A stretch of 64,000 nt of DNA from Octopus bimaculoides (taxonomy: Eukaryota). The position numbers and the translations under genes were made by a program. The notes below the pieces were generated by a model. It was given only the letters and a program-made list of their open reading frames with translations, had not been told where the DNA came from and did no database searches. The stretch lies in assembly GCF_001194135.2 (NCBI RefSeq), contig NC_068984.1, positions 38,937,444-39,001,443 of the forward strand, in the 5' to 3' direction. Positions 55,310 to 64,000 of this stretch are shown piece by piece. Each line of letters begins with the position of its first letter. The stretch's first letter is position 1.

Positions 55310-55432
55310 CTGCAAAATACGTTTAATTTCAATATCCAGCTGTTCTTGCATAGCAGGACTTAATTCATTGACTTTCAGCATAGAAAGGCCACTGTCAAAG
55401 GGATCGTTATCATCAAAGACACGAACACCAAT
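55310..55432 (-). CDS. YME1L1: YME1L1 coding exon (IGVRVFDDNDPFDSGLSMLKVNELSPAMQEQLDIEIKRILQ)
   Basis: Acceptor taatttcag, donor CAG|GTAAGA; 123 nt, phase 0/0; LSP...IEI.RIL motif. Confidence 0.93.
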
Positions 55433-56018
55433 CTGAAATTAACAGAATGAAAAATTCCATAACTTAAAAGAATTCAAAATAAATGGGGGGGGGGGGGAGT
55501 CTGAATATCGCTTCAAGGTGGTTGAATGTTTACCATTTCATTCTTGTGTACATGCATACAGACAAAATAAACACATTGTTTAAAAAATTATTAATGTTTT
55601 AGATATATAGCTACAGGGATAGATGTTAAGAAGTTTGCATTGCAATCAAGTGGGTTTGTATTTCATCCCACTGTGTGGCATATTGGCAAGTGTTTTCTAC
55701 TATAGTATTGATTTAACCACAAACTTGAGTGAAATTTGGTGGTAGGCAATTGCAGGGAAGTTAAAAGATAACACCTCACACAAAAATAAATGGAAAAAAA
55801 AAACACTATTCAATGTGAAAAATATGTTTTTCTCCACATTCATATACTACTACTAGAGAGAAGATAGTTACATTCAGAAATTTTTTTTTTAAAAACCCTA
55901 TTATTTACTCTGCTAAAAAAGCATGGAGTTTTTTTCTTTAGGTTGTAGTTTAATTTTCTTCATGAACAAACAATATCTGTCCCATTTCTCTTTCTCTCCA
56001 GGTGTATGTACATATATA

Positions 56019-57200
56019 CTGGGTCATCCCATAAATAATGTGGCTTTTTCAATTGCATGAACTAAAAGTCGGAGGGGGATGGGATAAACTACCTGCATCA
56101 ACTTGTTATAAAAGCAGGTAGCAATTTTACCTTTCGTAGTGCAAGTTTTGAAGAGTGCAGTTCAATTTTAACTGATATTTTTTCAAAGCTATAATGGAAG
56201 TGACAAGTATTCAGCATATTTTGCTTTATGAGTTCAATAAAAGCAATAACGCAACAGAAAAGTGTTGGGGAAAGTACATGGGGACCAGACAACAAGCGTA
56301 AGCCAATGTCAACAGTGGTTCCAGAAATTTCAAACTGGAAACTACAGCCTAGAAGACAAGCCTTGTCCTGGAAGATCTGTAGAGCTTGATGAGGATGTCC
56401 TGCAAACCACGATGGAACAAAATTCCATCATAACTGTTGAGGAACTAGCAGAGAAGCTTGGATTTAGTCATTCAACCATTCATTAACACCTGTGTACCAT
56501 CAGAAAAGTTAGCAAATTGAGTCAATGGGTTCCTCACAAACTTTCTGAGTTTAATCACATGCAGAGAGTGAATGTGTGCTTTTCTTTGGTGTTACGTCTA
56601 ATGAATGAACCTTTTTTTGGACTGCATAGTAACTGGTTATGAGAAATGGGTTCTCTATAAGACAGTGGGTAGAGAAAGGAGAAACACTAGCACCCCAGGT
56701 TAAAGCAAGTCTTCACCCACGTAAGGTGTTGTTATCTGTTTGGTAGGATATGAAAGGTTTAGTCCACCTTGAACTTTTAAACGCAAACCAAATGATAACA
56801 ATGTGAGCAGCTTGAGCGACTTAAGTCAGCACCAGAAGAAAAATGACTCTTTGGTTTCAAGATGAAAAGTTTTCTTCTATCAGGATAATGCTTGGCCACA
56901 TACAGCGAGGAGAACATTCGCTGGACATTGCCCCATCTGATTATCATTTATTCCACAGTCTTCAAAATCATTTAGATGGAAAAAAAATGAATTCTGTAGA
57001 CGAGGTCAGAACAGTAGTGGAGGGGTATTTTTTGTCACAGACAAGTGAATTTTGAAAGAGGGGCCTTGCAAGTCTACCAGACAGATGGAAAAGCATTGTA
57101 GAAAATGAAGGAGAGTACATTTTAGATTAAAAAAGAACTTTATGTTAATTTTGAAAAATAAAAGTAGCATAAAAAAAACTTTATTTATGGGATGACCCAA
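56019..57200 (+). mobile_element. Near full-length mariner (D,D34D) with pseudogenised transposase, intronic and antisense to YME1L1
   Basis: TIR (c/t)tgggtcatcccataaataa at both ends with TA flanks; WVPHKL and DIAPSDYHLF motifs; stops and frameshifts. Confidence 0.95.
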
Positions 57201-58536
57201 TATATATATTGCCAGGTGGATGACATAATTGGAGAGCATTGGACAAAATATCTTGCGATATTTGGTTATCACGTTTATTTATGCCATTTATCCAGGTAAA
57301 TGCCGTTTTTCAGGAGTGCTGAGACTGGTGAGATGATGGGAGGAATTTATCCTCAAACTAAAGACTTGGCCTGAATGCTTACAACCAGGGTGAACTTCAC
57401 TGAAAGCGGACAATGACCAGCTGGTGGTGTTAAACTGAGTAATGAATCAAGTCAACTATTCAAGAACTCAAAACAAAATGAACTGGAATAAATAGCACCG
57501 ATCCACCAACCTAAATTGGTACTTTGGTTTTATTGACTTTAAAAAGATGAAAGCAAAAATGACAATGGTGTAATTTGAGCAGAGAGAGAGCCACAGTAAA
57601 TTCCACTATGGCATTTTAAACTATGTTCTAATATTTCTGTCAATTTGCTACCAATGTCCCAAAGTTTGATTATTGCTCAAGTCCATTTTGTCTTTCACTC
57701 TTCAGGGTTAGAAAAATAAATACTAAGGGTAGGGTTTGATGTAATTACTATCACTTAGAAAATGGTGTTCCAGCATGGCCACAGTTGGATGAACAAAACC
57801 AATCGAATACTTTTACCCTATAATCCTATTTTAATCATCATTAGGATCATGATATGCTTAAGAATATAGACAGAGAATATACAGTGGCAAGGAACAAGTA
57901 TAATTGGAACAAAGATTTATTTGTTACATCAGTATGATACCTGCACCATACTTGGGTATATTCCAAAAGCTTCATTCTACAACAAGGCTATCCATTTTAG
58001 ACATAAATATACTTTAGTGTAGTAAAACAAAATAAGCTATGCATGATTGGAGAAATTGCAACTGACACTAGTTTAGTGCCATGGCTACACAGACGTAAAA
58101 ACATAATACAATATTGGACAAAACTTTCAGGACATCCCCTAGTATCATTAATGCTGCAAGGCACTGTTTGAAAGAACAACATTATCAGAAGGTTCCAAAA
58201 TCATTATGGTCTCCAGTTTACAACTGACTTAATTTCTTTTAGTGCCATGTTCCGCTGGACTGGCTCCCATGCAGGTGGCACATAAAAAACACCTCTTTGA
58301 GCGTGGCCGTTGCCAGTACCGTGTGACTGGCCCTCGTGCCGGTGGCACATAAAAGCACCCACTACACTCTTGGAGTAATTGGCGTTAGGAAGGGCATCCA
58401 GCTGTAGAAACTCTGCCAGATCAGATTGGAGCCTGGCTTGCCAGTCCTCAGTCAAATCATCCAACCCATGCTATCATGGAAAGCGGATGTTAAATGACGA
58501 TGATGATGATAATTATAAAATGAAAGTAAGTAATAC

Positions 58537-58610
58537 CTTTTCAGACATTCCAAACTTTTTTACCATAGCTTCTGCAATAGCTGTGGCTTGCTGAAAATCT
58601 GACCCGGCAC
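58537..58610 (-). CDS. YME1L1: YME1L1 coding exon (GAGSDFQQATAIAEAMVKKFGMSEK)
   Basis: Acceptor aattttcag, donor AAG|GTATTA; phase 1 in and 0 out, consistent with neighbours; M41 protease GAxSD and FGMSEK motifs. Confidence 0.95.
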
Positions 58611-59022
58611 CTGAAAATTGATGGAAATGTCAGTTCATGAAATGGCATCATGTAATTAACATGTAATTCACTGAATATAAATCATCATAAAGTATTTTTG
58701 AGGATAAATTGTAAAAATACTTTTGATAGAGTGATTATCAAGAAGGACTATCCTAAATTAGTGAGAAGTGAAACATTGTAATAGAATTAACAGAAATGCT
58801 TTAGTGTCAAAGGTAACAAAATTTGACAGGCCAATTATATCAAACAAACATGATTAGAGTGAAAAGCTGATGAAAATCATGTTAAAGAATAAGAGTTACT
58901 ACTTAATAATTTAGGAATACAGAATAGCTTATGTAAATCATAACTTACAAACTATGAAACATAAGTACAATACAAATGAAAAAAATGTAAATGTTTTTGC
59001 AGTTCAATAAATAAATTTTTAA

Positions 59023-62000
59023 GAGTCGTTACACAACTCAGGGTATGGAAGTTTTACCCAGTTTTGTAGAGGTCTAAACTACCAAAACTCAGTAAAATCG
59101 TGCTATAGCTGCAGTATTATATACTTTGTGTTGCATATTTATGAAATTCTCGAAAATGTCAATTTTTCGAAAAGCTACAATGTAAATCTCTAAGGTATTT
59201 CATCTGTTTTCTTATACTTAACCTTTAAAGAAGATATTTTGCTCTTTATCTTTGCCTCAGTTGGATTTGTGGATATATCATCGTGTGGAGGATGTCTTTG
59301 TTGGAACAATTCCCATGCCCTGCGTGGTATAATATTAGGATCTTCCTGAAATATTTCCAGCATTGTTGACTTGAATGGCTCATGAATTCCATGGCTAGCA
59401 TTATACAATGTTGATTGTCCTTTTGTTTTGTTTGCCATCATGGATGAAATAACAGTTCAAATTTCTGTTTTCGATGGTTAATCCAAATGCCCAGGATGTT
59501 TACGTTTAAGTTCCACTAACATTTTACCTGGACCTCATTTCATAGCTTTGTTTTCAATACCCAAATTAAACATATCAATAATTTCTTGTTTAAATGGATC
59601 CACATACTTTTGACCATACTTATTACCATGCTTTCTTGTTCTTGCCCATCTGGTTTCAAATCCACAACACTCATTATTATTATGCTGGATTGCTTCATGA
59701 ATGGGATCAAACATCTTAAGTTCTTCAACATTTGAACTAATATTAATCACCTCAAATTGATGCTGTACATGTATATCTTTAGCATAAACAATAGCATGAC
59801 TGATTAAATCTTGTTGTCCTACGGCTCCCTTGCAATTATGAATTTCCATTTTGTAGGCAGTTGCAAATTCCCTATGACATAAATTACATTGAAGAGGATT
59901 TTCATCGTCTGATTCCATATCTAAATCATTAATATTTGATGCTACAGCAAGTCCAATACAATGCTTCTCTGGGATATTCCCCTCAACACCATAAACAATA
60001 CATTCTGTTAAGCTGCCTCTACCTTTCTCTATAAGACCAATATCTTCAACAGTGTCTGTATCAAATATTTCATTTTCATTGGAAGCACAATCCTCATCGA
60101 ATTTGCTTTCACAATTTCCTTCATTTACGTCATTCGTAGTGCCAATGATAAGGTTGTATGTTGCTGTCAATGGTAAGTTCGAATTTTCATAAAGTGAAGT
60201 GGGATTTCTTGTCAAATCAAACTGTACTTCCATATGATCACCTATGTTTTGTAATTTTCCAATTATCTTAGTTTTCCTGTTCAAACTGTTCAACAGCAGG
60301 CCTATTAATACCAACCAATGCTGTCACTGTATTACTTACACTGCCATTAGCATTTAAAGCATCAACTAATTCAACAGGAGTTATAACATCTGAACCCATA
60401 TTACAATGCATATACACATGCCTCATAGCTGTAGCAAAATGAGCGTCGATACTGCCTTTAACATCTTGTACACCAGTGTGTATAAAAGTACAAAGTTTAA
60501 GGTTGTATCTACCTGCAATTTTATATAATGTAAACAATAAGTTTCTCTTCTTATAACATCTTGCGTTGTCAGATTGTACATAAAGATTTCAAATGTATAG
60601 AAATTTGGTTGATATTTATCTACATACTCCATCAAAATAGGACATAACAGCCACATAGTCTTGCTTACTACCCCCAGTAGAAATGTGATCGAAATGATAT
60701 GATAATCCTTTAAATTTTCAGTATTACGCCGTTCTTCATTGATGTATCTTGTATACATCATGGTTCCATGCCACGATGACCCTTTCTTACCGTAAAAATC
60801 TGTAGTTTTTTCCCTATAGTATATAGCTTCGAATTTCATTTTGAAATCCATAACAACCATAGCATCTTCTAAACGTAAATTGAACATTATTTCATCAATC
60901 CTATTGCATTGATTAAGTACTCTCACATGATGACCAAATAAAAGATGCAATGTTTCCATAGCATCATTCAAAAGAATTATATGTTCTGGGCTCACATGCC
61001 ATTTAATGTATTGTATTACATACTTGGAGAAGCAACAAACACCACAGTGTTTCATTTCCGCTCCAGAGATGGATAAAGAAAACTCTTTATCAGTGACACT
61101 ACATGTAGAAATGTGTCCCTCATAGGTTGTCTTAATGTAAGCTTCTAAACCGTTAACAACAGCATTCAAAGATTCTGATTCGGCACTGGTAGCAACAACA
61201 GTCTTCAAACGTGCAAAATTATCATACAGTAATACTCTCATACATAATTGACTGCTTGTTTAATTGTTTGATCCTTGGTAGTTAACGTTTTGACTATCTT
61301 CTGGAATGATGTAGAGCCTAATTGTTTATTTGAGGTATGGTTTTTTTGTAATCACGTAGCATTATAGTTGTATTCTTTCCCTAATCAGCTTGGGGAAATG
61401 TATTTCTTCACCATTAATCGTAAATGTTTTGGTACTCCATGAGATTCGGCATACATTAGCATCCGACAAAACAAACTCCTCTGCAGCTTCCATTTGATCA
61501 TGATCGTATCGTATAATTGATCTATTGGAAGGTGTAAGCTGCTTTCCACTGGCATATGTTTATACTTTCGTCGTAATGAAGCTACTTTCTTCATACCAAT
61601 ACCAAAATGATCTTTCAAAACATTTGAAACTAAGGATACTGCTAATGGAGCTGTAACAGCATCAGCTTGTACATTTTTTGGCAATGCATCTTGTACTTTA
61701 ATGATATTTTCTGCTAATTTGCCTTCATTGATGACACCTTCTTCATTTTTAACAACCTCTTTCATAAGGCCTTCAGCATCATACAGACTAATGATAGAGC
61801 ATACTTTTTCATTATGGTACTAGTTAGTTTCACTAGTCGTTTTTTAGCTGCCTCGTCAAAGTCTTCCATTCGGGTACTTTCACGTTTAGCTTTTCCCGGT
61901 AATGATGATGATGATTTTAAACCAAATGCTTCATACAATGCCCCCACTGTTGAAACAATTCGTGACGGATCGCTAACTTCTGGTTCAGAATCCTTTTGTT

Positions 62001-62377
62001 CCGTATATACACTATGTTTTCTTGTATTCATATTTGTTTTATGTGTGCTGACATCTCCCATAAGTCGTATTCTCTTTGTGGCACATGTGTTTACATTTTC
62101 GTTGCGTTTATTATCTCCACGACATGTACATCCACATCTGTAACATCCTTGACAACTAATACATCTATCTTCTTTGCAAGTACATGATAATTCAGACATA
62201 ACTGCCGACTGGGTGAAGCAAAATCAAAATCAAAATCAAAATCTGGACTACCTGTGTGGGTTTTTTTTTATCTATTAATTTTAACCAATCAAATTGCCCT
62301 GTTTATTATTCAGTTTGTGATAATTCAGTATTTTAAAGTTCTACAAAAAGTTAATACTCTGACCCACGAAGCAACTC
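59023..62377 (-). mobile_element. Sola3-like DNA transposon (3355 bp) with a disrupted transposase of about 1000 codons, inside a YME1L1 intron
   Basis: TTAA at 59019-59022 and 62378-62381; termini GAG...CTC; short imperfect TIR (gagt-N11-tcagRgtat). Motifs VVMDFKMKFEAIYYREK..FYGKKGSSWHG, YVQSDNARCY and GVQDVKGSIDAHFA give a DDD triad. Confidence 0.8.
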
Positions 62378-62699
62378 TTAAGAAAATTTCAAAAACAAAT
62401 AAATGAATATTCTTGAGATATATCTCAACAAAAAACTTTAATCTGTTGTAACTTCTGTTAATAGAAATGACTGTTTCAAAACTGATTAGGATAGAAAGAG
62501 AATAAATGTACAAAGGAATTAGGATAATAAAAGTGAATATGAACAAGTATGAGTGACAGTACCAAGCCATGAAGTAATTATTGTCACAGCAAATAGAGTA
62601 AGGAATACAAGTATGCTTGAAAAAACCAGGTTGAACAAATTTAGTAATATTTATATACATATTATATAAATGTGTGTGTGTGTTATGCTGAAATGATTA

Positions 62700-63525
62700 C
62701 AATAGGAACTGGACCACAAACTTAGAAGAGAACAAGCAGGTTTTCGAAAAGGAAGATCATGCAATATTCACATTAAGGAAACATCATTGAGCAATCACTA
62801 GAACATAGAACCCCAGGAGCAATAAATTATGTTGACTTAAAAAAGAAAAAAAAAACCTTTGACAGCATACACTGCTAGTCACTTTGGAAGATCCTTCAGA
62901 TCTATGGTGTCCCTGATTGCTATATCAAAATCTGTAAGTCACTTTATGAAAACTCAAGTTGTTGTATAAAAGCAGAATTGGAATTTACTGAGTTTTTTTC
63001 AATTCTATCAGGAGTGTAACAAAGATGCATCCTGTCCCCATTCTTTTTCTTGATAATCTTGGACTACATTCTATGGTCCTTGGATACATGTAGATATGGC
63101 TGAAAATGGGGAAGAAGGAAACTGGCAGATTTAGACTTTGCTGATGACTTAGCCCTTCTTGCCAACAACTGCACAGAAACACACACTATGACAAATGCTC
63201 TAGATGAAACAGCTGGAAAATCCACTTGAGGGTAAATATATCAAAAACAAAAATACAGAAAGTTGCCTGCAGTGAAATACATGAAGTCTTAATCAATGGG
63301 GAAAAGATAGAAGAGGTTCAACGCTTCACATATCTTTGTAGCATTCAGGCAGCAGATGGCAATGCTGAAACTGACACAAAACAAAGGACAACCAAAGGCG
63401 CAGGAGTATCAAACAAGCTCCAATTGCTATGTCAATCAAAGAGGCTCATGTCACAAACCAAATTAAGGTTATTCTGGTCAATTGTTGTCTCAACATGTAT
63501 GCTGCTGATACATGGATGAGTATCA
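62700..63525 (+). mobile_element. RTE LINE RT fragment in a YME1L1 intron (antisense)
   Basis: LDFADDLALL, LRVNISKTK and IEEVQRFTYLCS; frameshifted. Confidence 0.85.
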
Positions 63526-63641
63526 CTGGAATTATCAACACTTCATATACAAATGTCTCAAGCTAACAAATAAATTAGATGTGAATGAAATATATATGTC
63601 TAAAGCATAAATTGTGATGAAAGAACACCAAAAATGTTTAC

Positions 63642-63768
63642 CTGTTGTAATTTTCTCACCACCATAGATAACTTCTTCAGCAACACGACCTCCCATACAA
63701 ACATCAATTTCTGCTAACAACTGAGCTTTTGTTTTATTAAAGATTTCTTTCTCAGCAATATATGATGT
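63642..63768 (-). CDS. YME1L1: YME1L1 coding exon (TSYIAEKEIFNKTKAQLLAEIDVCMGGRVAEEVIYGGEKITTG); the gene continues beyond the window
   Basis: Acceptor tttataacag, donor G|GTAAAC; 127 nt; resembles human RAQLLAQMDVSMGGRVAEELIFGTDHITTG, distinguishing it from AFG3L2/SPG7. Confidence 0.95.
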
Positions 63769-64000
63769 CTGTTATAAAAAGAATAGAAATAGAAATTGTC
63801 TAGCATTCAGATTTAATATGTCTAATTTAGCAATTGAGTTAATGCACAGCACAAACATTTGATTACTATAAACAAATCATCTGTGTAGGTTGTTCAGTAA
63901 GGAATTGCAGAATTTTCATCTGTCATCTATGATAGAAAAATCCACCATACATTCCAAAACACAAATAAACAAAAATATTATTTTTTATAATTCAACTGCT

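Noticed and set aside
63535-63720. Stand-alone FtsH-like ORF suggesting a bacterial gene or HGT
   Set aside because: It is one spliceosomal exon of YME1L1 with GT-AG boundaries and phase-compatible neighbours; the listed start is an internal TTG.

Overview
AT-rich, repeat-dense eukaryotic DNA with five N-gaps and no prokaryotic features. The SINE/RTE families and microsatellite load suggest an octopus (inference, not a database result). Two spliced minus-strand genes are supported: a complete C15orf61/DUF4528 orthologue (CDS exons 24571-24886 and 21286-21413, 147 aa) and the last four coding exons of the mitochondrial i-AAA protease YME1L1 (63642-63768, 58537-58610, 55310-55432, 53686-53835). 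The rest is mostly degenerate transposons: maT/Tc1, mariner, hAT remnants and MITEs, RTE and CR1-like LINEs, and tRNA-derived SINEs. Most notable: (1) a 3.36-kb Sola3-type DNA transposon with TTAA duplications and GAG...CTC ends inside a YME1L1 intron; (2) three near-identical 90-264 bp direct copies of sequence lying 1.3-2.1 kb away, at retroelement junctions (templated insertions or assembly artefacts); (3) a 269-bp near-perfect fold-back hairpin in the possible long YME1L1 3' UTR; (4) a possible in-frame uORF whose stop abuts the C15orf61 start codon. Coordinates of degenerate repeats are approximate; all comparisons were done by eye.
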